IMG/VR virus record: IMGVR_UViG_3300025018_000422
Location: 1 to 30,139 of that record
Strand: one strand, 5' to 3'
Source of the DNA: a virus
Taxonomy: Duplodnaviria > Caudoviricetes
Length of the DNA stretch: 30,139 nt
Under the pieces are notes generated by a model. That model had not been told where the DNA came from. It saw only the letters and a list, made by a program, of their open reading frames with translations, and searched no databases. Position 1 is the stretch's first letter; every line of letters begins with the position of its first letter. The translations under genes and the position numbers were made by a program. Below, piece after piece: positions 17,099 to 27,221 of the stretch.

Positions 17099-20000
17099 TG
17101 AACAACAAAAGGAAAAATGCCCCGGTATGTGCAACGCCAAAGAAGTTTTTTGGACTTCACGCACATACTGGGGCGAGTTAAGTGTATTTGATGGACTTGG
17201 AAAATCAAAAGAGCATTTTGATTTTATTTTAAAGAACGGTGGAGACGGAATGGCTATCACCGAGCATGGTCATGCCAACAGCTTTGCAGAGGCATACAAA
17301 TATTCTCAAGAATTAAAAAAGAAAGGTCGAGATTTCAAATATATTCCTGGCGTCGAATTTTACCTATATCCAGATCTTGGAGAGTGGGAAAAGTTAAAGC
17401 TTAATCTTGCGGAAGAAAAAAAGAATCAAAAAGAATCTCCCATTGCTGACGACGATGAAGGAACAACAATAACTGTTGAAGATGAAAGTACAACAAAAAG
17501 CCAAAAGTGGAGAAATCCATTAAGAAGAAGGCATCATACAGTCATTCTTCCCAAAAACAATGAAGGTTTAGAAGCTTTATTTTCATTGGTTTCTTTTGGG
17601 TATTCTGAAGGCCAATATTACTTTCCAAGAATAGATTTTCATCAGCTTGCAAAAAAAGCCAAAGGAAACCTTATTGCAACAACTGCCTGTCTTGGTGGAC
17701 CAATGGCTTACGAGATGTTTGATGCATGTGCTGACATTGATGCGGACGACATAACACCAGACATTGTAAAAAGCAGAGAAGGCATCATAATGCCTAGAAT
17801 CATGAATGTGATTGACAAGTTTGTTGAGTCTGTTGGTGAAGAGAATTTCTTTCTTGAATTACAGTTCAATAAGATTCCATGTCAACATGCCATCAATTAT
17901 CTTTTGATGCGAGCAGCAGAACAAACAGGAATAAAGCTTATTTCAACGGCGGATAGTCACTATCCTGGGTATGACAAATGGAAAGCTCGTGAGCTTTATA
18001 GAAGACTGAGACCGGGTAAAGGCTATGACGACGATCCGTTGCCACAAAGCGTTGAAGATCTAAAATGCGAATTATTTCCAAAGAATGCCGAACAAATGTG
18101 GGACGAATATCTTGTTCATCGTGACAAATATGATTTCTACCAAGGAAAAGATGAAATCATAAAAGATGCGATTGAAAGGTCCCATGAAGTTGCTCATGAA
18201 ATGATTGAAGAGATCGATCCAGACAAAAAGGTAAAACTTCCAAGTTATACAGTTCCAAAAGGAGAGAAGCCGATGCAGGCTCTTGCTCGACTTTGTGTTG
18301 AAGGATTAAAAGAAAAGGGACTTGACAACAATAAAGAATATGTTGATCGACTGAAGGAAGAGCTTCAAATGATCAAGGATAAGAAATTTGCAAAATATTT
18401 CTTGACGATGAAAGCGATTACAGACATTGCACATGAGCACATGCTTGTGGGTTTCGGGCGTGGTTGTCTAACTGGTAATTCTAAAGTCCTTACTTCTAAT
18501 GGTTATAAGAACCTTTCTGATATCTCGGTTGGAGAGCAGATTTATGATGTAAATGGGAAAAAAAGTACAGTAATAAAAACATCTAGTTATGATGTAAATG
18601 AAGACCTATTAGAGTTTAAAACATCTTATTCTTATGATAAAATTACATTAACAAAAGATCATAAGCTTTGTGGTTCAAAGTCGATTCTTGTAGATGGCTA
18701 TGATTCATGGTCTGAAATAACAAAAAAATCAAGAAAAAAATATAAAACATTTACTCCTCAAAAGACTTGGATGAAAGCTGAAGAATTTGATATTGGAGAT
18801 TGGCTTTATATGCCATTCCCTAAAAAAGAAGAGCCTAAGATTGCTGATGATTATAAGTTTGATTTGCAATCATTGTCAAAAGATTTAAATCAAACTTGTG
18901 AAGGATTCTTCTTTGAGCCTTCTATTAGTAAAAATAATATTTTCTCAATAAGAAATCTTAATAAAGAAACAGGAATTTCAAGAGGTTCTTTGAAATTCAT
19001 TCGATCTGGTATTGTCCCTAAAAAGAAAAATAAAAGACATGAAAAATGCGTTGAAAAGCTTAATCAATTCTTAAAAAACAATGATTGTACAATTGAAAAT
19101 TGGAAACTAAAAAAAGATTTAAAAAAGATTAGTTCTTATATACCATTTGACAATGACTTTGCATATCTTGTTGGAAGGTGGATCGGAGATGGATGGATTA
19201 TTAAAGGAAATAGAAATTATAAATTTGGAATCGCATTTCATTCTGATGATAGATCGGGGATTGAAAAAATTAAAAATTACTTAATGAAATTCGGATTTCG
19301 GCCGAAAGAATTGCATTCTAAAGAGAAAAAACTTACACAATTAATTGTCTATAATCAAACAATTGTAAAATTTTTTGATTATCTATTTCCAAAATATAAG
19401 CAGTCATCATGTACAAAGTACATACCAGAATTATTTTTTGGATTTTCAAATGAAAAAATATCTAACCTTTTAGATGGCATTATTGATTCTGACGGACACA
19501 GAGCATCCGATGGTAGAATTAGTATCGACTCTACAAGCAATCAATTAATTTTAGATTTAAAAAGAGCCCTTCTTTATTTGAAAATCCCTTCGTCCATTGT
19601 GGCTAGAGAAGAATTTTTGAGAGAAAAATATATTTGTAAAAAATCTTATAAAATAAGATTTCAAATTAACAGATCAATGAAAGAGTCTCATAATATAAGA
19701 TTTGTTGATGAAGGATATTTTGTAAAAATTCTTTCAAAAGAGTTAAAGAAAAATGTAAACACAAAAGTTTATGATCTAAGCATTGGTGATGGACACAGCA
19801 GTTATTGCACATCAAACTATGTTGTTCATAATAGTGCTGCTGGATCTTTGGTTTGCTATGTTCTTGACATAACAGGGATTGACCCAATCAAATATGGGTT
19901 ATTGTTTTCCAGATTCCTTTCAAAGAATAGATCGGAGTTGCCTGATATTGATTCCGATTTTTCTGATAGAGATCGATTGAGAAAAATTCTCATGAAAGAA

Positions 20001-22016
20001 TTTGGAGAAGAGAATGTTATTGCTATCTCCAATATAAATACAATGAGCCTAAAGACATTGGCAAAAGATATTTCAAAGTTTTATGGAATAGAATATGCTG
20101 AAGTAAATGATGCGGTTAGGTTTGTTGATAAAGATATTGTTGCTGGAGGTAAAAAAGAAGATCCTCCCATCGATAAAACTGAATTGAAATTCAACTTTGA
20201 AGAAGCGATGAAATATTCTTTGAAGTTTGCAGATTTTATTGAAAAATACCCAAAGGTTGGAGAGCATATTCAGGAGCTAATGGGCGAGCAGCGGGCCATG
20301 TCTCGTCATGCTGGAGGCATTATCCTTTCAGAGAACATTGTTGATAGAATGCCTGTAATCGTTTCTAAGAATGTTAAGCAGACTCCATGGACCAAGGATT
20401 ATTTGGAGCCTCTCGGCTGGGTCAAGTTTGATCTTCTTGGCCTTGAAACATTAAAGATTATTGAAATGTGCATATCTTTAATTCTTCAAAGGCATGAGGG
20501 AGTTCCAAACCCAACGTTTGCTGACATAAAGAAATGGTACAAAGATCATTTACATCCAAACGTTATTGATTTAGATGATCAAAAGGTGTATGAGCACATT
20601 TACCATAACGGAAATTATGCAGGAATTTTTCAATGTTCTCAAAGAGACACTCAGCGCTTCTTTACGGAAGCAAAGCCGACTAGCGTTGTTGATATTGCTG
20701 CTTTGACTTCTATCTATCGCCCTGGGCCGATGGGCGCGAACGTTCATAAAAAATATGTTGACTCTAAAAACAATCCTAAAAAAGTAACGTATAAGCATCC
20801 TTTGATAAAGCAGGTATTGGAAGAAACTTATGGTCACTTAGTTTTTCAGGAACAGGCCATGAAACTTGGCAATGTTGTTGGGGGAATGAATCTTGATGAA
20901 ACTGATGTTTTGAGAAAGGTTGTTTCAAAAAAATATAAGCCAGAAGATCCAATGTATGCAAAAGCGATTGCGATGGAAAAGGTTTTCATTGAAGGAGGTT
21001 TGACGAATAAACTCTCTGAGGATGTTTTGATTGAACTTTATCAAAACATCAAAGAGTTTGCTAAGTATTCATTCAACCTAAGCCATGCTTTGAGTTATGG
21101 AATTAATTCTTATCTTTGTGCTTGGCTTTTGACATATTATGAGCCCGAATGGTTGTGTGCATATGTTGAAACCCAGCTAAATAATCCAAAAGAAAAAGCA
21201 AATGCTATTTCAGAATTAAAAAGTTTTGGATATGACTTTGCAAAGATTGACATTAACAAGGCAACGGATCACTGGACAATCGTTGAAGGTGACAAAAAGT
21301 TGATGCCAAGCCTTTTATCATGCAAAGATGTTGGAAAAACATCAATAGCAGAACTTATTCAAAAAAGGCCTTATGATGACATTTATGGGTTTCTTTGGGA
21401 AGAAAGTGGAGAATGGAGACATAGCAAGTTCAATAAAAAGAATTTTGATGTCTTGATAAAGATTAATGCTTTTGACAGCCTTGATTGTGTTGGAGAAAAT
21501 AAATTATTCAAGAATTATGCTCATATGCATAAAACGATTATTGGAAATTGGACACTTCTCAAGAAAAAGCTAAAGAAAGATACATTTGATAGTCAATGTC
21601 AAAAGCTAGATGATCTAGCAGCAGAAACAGACGATTCTGATTGGGACTTAAATGAGAAGCTTGAAATGTATAAAGAGCTAATGGGTCAAACAAACTTAGA
21701 TTTGATTATTCCCAAAAATATACAAAAAAAGCTACTTAGCAAAGGTTACAATTCGATTGATGCATTTCCTGACGATAAGGAAGGGGCGTTGTGCTGGTTC
21801 GTTGTTGAAGATTGGATTAAAAGAAAAACAAAATATGGAAAACCATATATTATTTTGAATGTTTCAGGACTAAGCGGAAGACAAGATTCAATTAAGATCT
21901 GGGATTGGGATGAGAGCGTTAAGTTTTCAAAAAATACAGGCTATCGAGCTTTCGTTGAACAGGATAATTTTGGCTTTAAGCTAAAAGTAAGACATATATT
22001 CGAAATATCAAAATAG
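17098..22016 (+). CDS. dnaE: DNA polymerase III alpha subunit (intein-containing, with a frame discontinuity at 17176-17183)
   Basis: PHP motifs (HAHT.., SVFDG, AITEHG, GVEFY, TTACLGG, ADSHY), GRG/SAAGSLV, LPDIDSDF, SRHAGG, KFDLLGL, YRPGPM, FQEQ and YSFNLSHA. The true N-terminus starts at ATG 17098 (TAATG overlap, SD AAGGA) in a different frame from the 17127-22016 ORF. Confidence 0.93.
18465..19832 (+). mobile_element. intein (456 aa) with a LAGLIDADG homing endonuclease, in dnaE
   Basis: GFGRG|CLTGNSKV ... LTKDHK (block B) ... YLVGRWIGDG and LLDGIIDSDG ... VYDLSI...YVVHN|SAAGS. Excision restores the conserved GRGSAAGS motif. Confidence 0.95.
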
Positions 22017-22024
22017 TCTTTTGA

Positions 22025-22033
22025 TGATATACT
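22025..22033 (+). promoter_or_regulatory. extended -10 promoter TGaTATACT, implying a near-leaderless mRNA
   Basis: Lies 8 nt before ATG 22042. Confidence 0.45.
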
Positions 22034-22041
22034 TTGGGCAT

Positions 22042-23085
22042 ATGAATGTTTGCGTAACAGGTGTTTGTGGACTTATCGGTTCTTGGATTGCTGAAAAGCT
22101 TATAGAACAGGGGCATTTTGTTTTTGGAATTGATAATCTTTTCGGAGGATATGAAGACACTCTTCAGTTTTTAAAAAAACTTCCAAACTCAGATAGTAGA
22201 TTTGAATTTTATTTTTCTGATGTAACAAATCATGAAAATGTAAAATTCTTATCTAAAATCCTAAAGGAAAGAAGCATAAAAGTAATTTACCATTGTGCGG
22301 CTATTGCGCCTGAAGGATATAGCGTATTCTCCCCTAGCATTATTTCAAATAGTGTATTCATGGGAAGTACCGTCATGGGTACAGCAGCCGTTCAAGCAGG
22401 TGTGTCTCGTTTTATAAACTGTTCATCGATGAGCCGATACGGAAATCAAAAAGGACCTTTTACTGAAGATATGAAAAAGTCTCCTGTTGATCCTTATGCT
22501 TTAGCTAAGGCAACGGCTGAAGACATGTTGGCCATGCTTGGAGAGATGCATGGAATGAAAGTTATTCACACAGTTCCACACAACGTGATTGGCCCAAGGC
22601 AGAGATACAACGATCCATATAGAAACGTGGCATCAATCATGACAAATCTGATGCTTCAAGGTCGTCAGCCAATAATCTACGGAGAAGGAGATCAAACAAG
22701 ATGCTTCTCTCTAATTCAAGATGATGTCGAGATTTACTTAAAGCTTTTAGATTGTGAAGTTGAACATGGAGAAGTTTTTAATATAGGGCCAGATGATCGG
22801 GAAATATCAATACTAAATCTTGCAAAGTTGATTGCTTCGCTTCTTGATTTTGATTTAGATCCTATTTTTGAAGAAAAGAGACCGCATGAAGTCATGCATC
22901 CGGTCTGTTCGTCTAACAAAATAAGAGAAAGATTTGGCTTCTCTCCAAAAATGACATTAGAAAGTGGAATAGCTTCTATTGTTGATTATATCAAAAAGAG
23001 AGGGCCAAAGCCTTTTGATTATCATATTCCGCTAGAGATTAATAAAGAAAATGTTCCAAAAACATGGAAGGAAAAAAGTTTTTAA
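22042..23085 (+). CDS. NAD-dependent epimerase/dehydratase (extended SDR)
   Basis: VTGVCGLIG Rossmann motif, SSMSRYG, YALAK, HNVIGP, IYGEGDQTRCF and FNIG. Confidence 0.92.
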   Translation: MNVCVTGVCGLIGSWIAEKLIEQGHFVFGIDNLFGGYEDTLQFLKKLPNSDSRFEFYFSDVTNHENVKFLSKILKERSIKVIYHCAAIAPEGYSVFSPSIISNSVFMGSTVMGTAAVQAGVSRFINCSSMSRYGNQKGPFTEDMKKSPVDPYALAKATAEDMLAMLGEMHGMKVIHTVPHNVIGPRQRYNDPYRNVASIMTNLMLQGRQPIIYGEGDQTRCFSLIQDDVEIYLKLLDCEVEHGEVFNIGPDDREISILNLAKLIASLLDFDLDPIFEEKRPHEVMHPVCSSNKIRERFGFSPKMTLESGIASIVDYIKKRGPKPFDYHIPLEINKENVPKTWKEKSF

Positions 23086-23480
23086 TGAAACTAAAAGATT
23101 TAATAATAAAAATTGAACAGAAGCTATTTTTTTCTAATCAAGTCAAGCCGAAATTAACCGATAATATGTCCTGGAATTTGCCTTGGCAGAATTTTGCATA
23201 TGATGTAGAATCCTATTTAAATAAATTCTTTTTATTAAAAAACGAAGGTCTTTTTTGGATTAAGTCCATCAATTGCGAATTTGAAGAAATTAAAAAGAGA
23301 ATAAAATTTCTTGAAGAGATTATGGCTGATAAGTGCTTTCAAGGAAGCAAACATCACACAGAACTTGAAAAATTGCACATTTATGGCGAATTGGAAAGAT
23401 TAAAGAGAAAATACGAAGAACAAAAAAGAAAAGTAAGCAATTTAGAAGAAGAATTAGATCTGGTAAATTATAATCGATGA
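23085..23480 (+). CDS. hypothetical coiled-coil protein
   Basis: TAATG and ATGA overlaps with its neighbours. Confidence 0.65.
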   Translation: MKLKDLIIKIEQKLFFSNQVKPKLTDNMSWNLPWQNFAYDVESYLNKFFLLKNEGLFWIKSINCEFEEIKKRIKFLEEIMADKCFQGSKHHTELEKLHIYGELERLKRKYEEQKRKVSNLEEELDLVNYNR

Positions 23481-24061
23481 GAACTTGGACAGGTCAACTT
23501 TCACCATTACCCAATGCGGGAGCGGCAGGCATTGTCTGTCCCATGGATCTTGTTATTTTGCTTGGAAGATACAATAGATTTGGAAACAATGGAGATAATG
23601 AATTTAGCGTATTGCACCATAGCGTTTTAGTATCCATTTTATGGATGGTTGCAGGATTTCCTAAAGAGCATTTAATTTATGCTTTGAGCCATGATTTTCA
23701 TGAGGCTTATACTGGGGATATTCCTTCTCCAATAAAAAACCTAACACCAGAAGTCAAAGAAGCCATAAGTAAAGTGGAAAACATGTTGGACAATAGAATC
23801 TATGATTTTATGGGAATAGAACCACCAACAGATGAAATCAAAAAGATGGTAAAGATTGTAGACAAGGCTTCTTATATTATTGAATGTATGATTACTGGCC
23901 CTTCGGGATCGGATGACATAATTCAACTTCAAAAAGATTTTCCAAATACAGAAATTTGGAGAATCATTGAAAAGGCGATGCCAAATCTTGAATATGTTAG
24001 CGCAAACATTAAGCGAAAAAATGTTGATAGAGGGAATTATGCTTATGGAGATTCAAAATGA
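23477..24061 (+). CDS. HD-domain 5'-deoxynucleotidase-like hydrolase (YfbR-like)
   Basis: RF....FSVLHHS, ALSHDFHEAYTGDIPSPIK and VKIVDK. Confidence 0.88.
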   Translation: MRTWTGQLSPLPNAGAAGIVCPMDLVILLGRYNRFGNNGDNEFSVLHHSVLVSILWMVAGFPKEHLIYALSHDFHEAYTGDIPSPIKNLTPEVKEAISKVENMLDNRIYDFMGIEPPTDEIKKMVKIVDKASYIIECMITGPSGSDDIIQLQKDFPNTEIWRIIEKAMPNLEYVSANIKRKNVDRGNYAYGDSK

Positions 24062-24258
24062 GCTTATATAACATAGTAAAGCACATTAAATGTGAAATGT
24101 TTAAAAATCAAACATTTGAAAAAAATGGATTTCGTTCTATAATCCATCCAAATTATAAGCTTGACAATGGCAGTTATGTCAACTTTTATAATGCCATTAA
24201 TGGCATGTGTTTTTCTGATCTTGCAAAAAACAATATAAAGATTTTAGATTCAATATGA
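24058..24258 (+). CDS. small hypothetical protein
   Basis: ATGA overlaps at both ends. Confidence 0.6.
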   Translation: MSLYNIVKHIKCEMFKNQTFEKNGFRSIIHPNYKLDNGSYVNFYNAINGMCFSDLAKNNIKILDSI

Positions 24259-25265
24259 CAAATTTAAAAGAAACAATAAATTGGAAAAGAAAAATTCCAA
24301 CACCAGGATTAGCTGCACTTGTCACGGGTGGCGCAGGTTTCATTGGAAGCAATTTGGTAAAAAGACTTGTAGAAAAAGGCTTTGCCGTTGATGTTGTCGA
24401 CGACTTTTCTAATGGACATAAAGAGTTTTTAGAAGATGTTCGTGATAGAGTAAAGGTTTACAAAATGGACTTTGCTGACAAAATCATTTTGTCAAACATT
24501 ATGAGTGGAAAATATGACATCATATTCCATGAAGCTGCAATTCCTCGTGTTAGTTTTTCTTGTGAAGAGCCGTCCTTTACAACCGATGTAAACATTGGAA
24601 AAACTGTAAAACTTATGGAAGCAGCAGTACGCCAGTCTTCTCGTGAAGATTGCGAAACAAACATGCCTAGATTTGTATTTGCTTCGAGTTCTTCTGTTTA
24701 TGGCGGAGCAGATACGATGCCAACACATGAGACTGAAACAAAAAAACCTGTTTCTCCTTATGCGCTACAAAAAAGCGTCATTGAAGATTTCTGTAAGCTT
24801 TTTTATAATTTATATGGTCTTGAGTCGGCTTGCTTGCGTTACTTCAATGTTTTTGGGCCAAATCAGTATGGAGACAGTCCTTATTCGACAGCCGTATCAG
24901 CTTGGTGTGATGCAGTAAAGCATGGAAAACCTTTAAGATCAGATGGTGATGGCGAACAAACAAGAGATCTTTGTTATGTAGATAATGTTGTAGATGCAAA
25001 TCTTATTGTTGCATTATCCGAAGAAACATTCAAAGGAGATTGTTTTAACGTTGCTTGCGGAGATCGAACAAGCAATAATGAAATTCTTGAATATTTTAAA
25101 AAGAAATTTCATGGGATTGAGATTGTTCACGCGCCAGAAAGAGCGGGAGATGTGAAGCATACACAAGCTGACATTTCAAAATTAGAGAAGCTTGGATATA
25201 AGCCAAACATTAAGTTTTGGGATGGCTTAGAAAAAACAATTGAATGGTGGGGACTTAAAGGATGA
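24255..25265 (+). CDS. NAD-dependent epimerase (UDP-Glc/UDP-GlcNAc 4-epimerase-like)
   Basis: VTGGAGFIGS, FHEAA, ASSSSVYG, SPYALQK, LRYFNVFGP, GDGEQTRD and RAGDVKHTQAD. Confidence 0.93.
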   Translation: MTNLKETINWKRKIPTPGLAALVTGGAGFIGSNLVKRLVEKGFAVDVVDDFSNGHKEFLEDVRDRVKVYKMDFADKIILSNIMSGKYDIIFHEAAIPRVSFSCEEPSFTTDVNIGKTVKLMEAAVRQSSREDCETNMPRFVFASSSSVYGGADTMPTHETETKKPVSPYALQKSVIEDFCKLFYNLYGLESACLRYFNVFGPNQYGDSPYSTAVSAWCDAVKHGKPLRSDGDGEQTRDLCYVDNVVDANLIVALSEETFKGDCFNVACGDRTSNNEILEYFKKKFHGIEIVHAPERAGDVKHTQADISKLEKLGYKPNIKFWDGLEKTIEWWGLKG

Positions 25266-26284
25266 ACGATATGACAGGAGAACCTTTAGCATATACATTT
25301 GATGACATCGTTTTGATTCCTCAATACTCGACATTGAGAAGTCGATCTGAAGCAAGTACATCGTTTAAAATATGGAAATATGAAAGAACGTCTCCAATTA
25401 TTTCTGCAAACATGGAAACAATAACAGGATCTGAAATGGCAATAGCCATGTGGGACCTTGGAGGTATTGGGGCTTTACATCGTTTTTGTAGTATCGAAGA
25501 AAATGTTAAAGAATATCTAAAGGCTTATGATTCAAATCGTGATTGCCTTGTTTCGATAGGAGTTAACGGAGACTTCAAAGAAAGGGCCGAGGCTTTATTT
25601 AAAGCCGGTGCTCGAATGTTTGTCATCGACATTGCCCATGGCCACTCTGTCATGATGAAAGAAACTATAGAGTGGCTGCGTAGCGAATATAAGGATGAAG
25701 TCTTTATCGTTGCCGGAAATGTGGCAACAGGAAGCGCTACAAAAGACTTGTATGAATGGGGAGCTGATTGTGTAAAAATTGGAGTCGGTGCTGGCAGTGT
25801 TTGCACAACAAGAGTTGTTACTGGTCATGGAGTTCCATCTTTTACAGCAATCAACGATTGTTCTTATTGGTCAAGAAACAAGGGAAAACTTCTTATTGCA
25901 GACGGCGGAATGAGATCAAGTGGAGATATTGTAAAAGCACTTGTTGCTGGTGCTGATTGTGTAATGATTGGCGGAATGCTTTCCGGGACAAAAGAAACCC
26001 CAGGAGATTTGATTTCAGATAGTGGAATTGTTGACGTTAAAAAATTATTTAAAGGATCATCATCTTATGATAGAGGGCCAGGCGTTGCAAAAGAAGGAAT
26101 AGAAATAGAAATTCCGTATAAAGGAGAGGTTGAACCTATTATAAATGAACTTACTGCTGGAATTCGCTCAGGCATGAGTTATTCAAATGCTAGAACAATT
26201 AACGAACTTAGAAAAAATGCTAAGTTTAAAATACAGACATTTTCTGGTTTTTCTGAGGGTCTTCCACACATGAGAGGAAAATAA
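25262..26284 (+). CDS. IMP dehydrogenase / GMP reductase family (no CBS domains)
   Basis: TFDDIVLIP, SANMET, IDIAHGHS, AGNVAT, KIGVGAGSVCTTR (catalytic Cys), IADGG and GIRSGMSY. Confidence 0.92.
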   Translation: MNDMTGEPLAYTFDDIVLIPQYSTLRSRSEASTSFKIWKYERTSPIISANMETITGSEMAIAMWDLGGIGALHRFCSIEENVKEYLKAYDSNRDCLVSIGVNGDFKERAEALFKAGARMFVIDIAHGHSVMMKETIEWLRSEYKDEVFIVAGNVATGSATKDLYEWGADCVKIGVGAGSVCTTRVVTGHGVPSFTAINDCSYWSRNKGKLLIADGGMRSSGDIVKALVAGADCVMIGGMLSGTKETPGDLISDSGIVDVKKLFKGSSSYDRGPGVAKEGIEIEIPYKGEVEPIINELTAGIRSGMSYSNARTINELRKNAKFKIQTFSGFSEGLPHMRGK

Positions 26285-26288
26285 TATT

Positions 26289-26990
26289 ATGGACGATAGA
26301 GATTTTATTTATTGGGTAAACGGAGTTTTTGAATCAAGCAAAGATGTATTAGAAATTGATCAAGTAGATCAAATTATGGAAAACATTTGTGATGTTTATG
26401 ATACGGTTCAAAACAATGGTGTCATAAACGATTTTGATTCAATGAGAGTTATTGCGCTTATTGAAGGGGCACTAATGTACTATGACGATCTTCCTCATCC
26501 TAACAAGCAAAAAATAACGAGGCTAATAAAAAATGAAATTGAAGATTCCATGAGCAGATTTCGTGATAAATCAAAAGAAAAAATGCCTTTGTTCAAAGAT
26601 GTAACAAAGGAAGCCACAATAAAAGATATAAAAATTATTCCTTTGGATGAATTTACGAAAAACCATTTGATGGATTTGCTTTCGGGCAATGGAAAGTTTA
26701 ATTTTGATTTCAGTCAAGTTATTACAGAAGGTCTAAGCGAAGGTATTGGTGGAAATAAAAGTGCAACAGAAAAATCAATAACTTCTGCTTTAGAATCTCT
26801 TGAAAAGCTTTTGTTAGGTCCTCCTAAAAAATTAAAAAAGAAAGCAGTTAAGAAAAAGTTAAAACCTTCTGAGGATGAGGATGAGGATGATACTCCATGT
26901 GATGAAATGGATGAAGAATTTGAATCACAACAAGATGGATTGTCAGAAAGTTCTTTGAACTCTATTTCAGAGAAAATTGCTCAAAGGTAA
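26289..26990 (+). CDS. hypothetical protein
   Basis: 233-aa ORF with N-terminal FIYWVNGVFE and a basic then acidic low-complexity tail. Confidence 0.7.
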   Translation: MDDRDFIYWVNGVFESSKDVLEIDQVDQIMENICDVYDTVQNNGVINDFDSMRVIALIEGALMYYDDLPHPNKQKITRLIKNEIEDSMSRFRDKSKEKMPLFKDVTKEATIKDIKIIPLDEFTKNHLMDLLSGNGKFNFDFSQVITEGLSEGIGGNKSATEKSITSALESLEKLLLGPPKKLKKKAVKKKLKPSEDEDEDDTPCDEMDEEFESQQDGLSESSLNSISEKIAQR

Positions 26991-26995
26991 ATATT

Positions 26996-27208
26996 ATGAA
27001 AAAAGTACCGAAATTACCGCCAGGATTTACAATTAGAGAAGATCAAGAGCAGAATGAATGGTTTGTATATTTTGATAATGAAATTTTTGATGGATTAGAA
27101 AATATAGCATCATACAATGAAGCAGTTACGTCTGCTTGGAATGTATTTTATAGCTACTATTGCAATAATGAGTGGCGCGAATTCTTGAAAGCATGTGGTG
27201 CTCCGTAA
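26996..27208 (+). CDS. hypothetical protein
   Basis: 70-aa ORF tiling with its neighbours. Confidence 0.65.
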   Translation: MKKVPKLPPGFTIREDQEQNEWFVYFDNEIFDGLENIASYNEAVTSAWNVFYSYYCNNEWREFLKACGAP

Positions 27209-27221
27209 AATATGAAATACT

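Noticed and set aside
17143-17154. -1 slippage on AAG TTT TTT GGA as the dnaE frame fix
   Set aside because: Shifting here would enter the main frame before HAHT and lose the conserved His ligands.
16285-17189. Group I intron interrupting dnaE
   Set aside because: The endonuclease ORF and the second 5' copy fill almost the whole interval. I see no P7/J8-7 core motifs, and no U|...G| splice pair restores the consensus spacing. An Infernal search would settle it.
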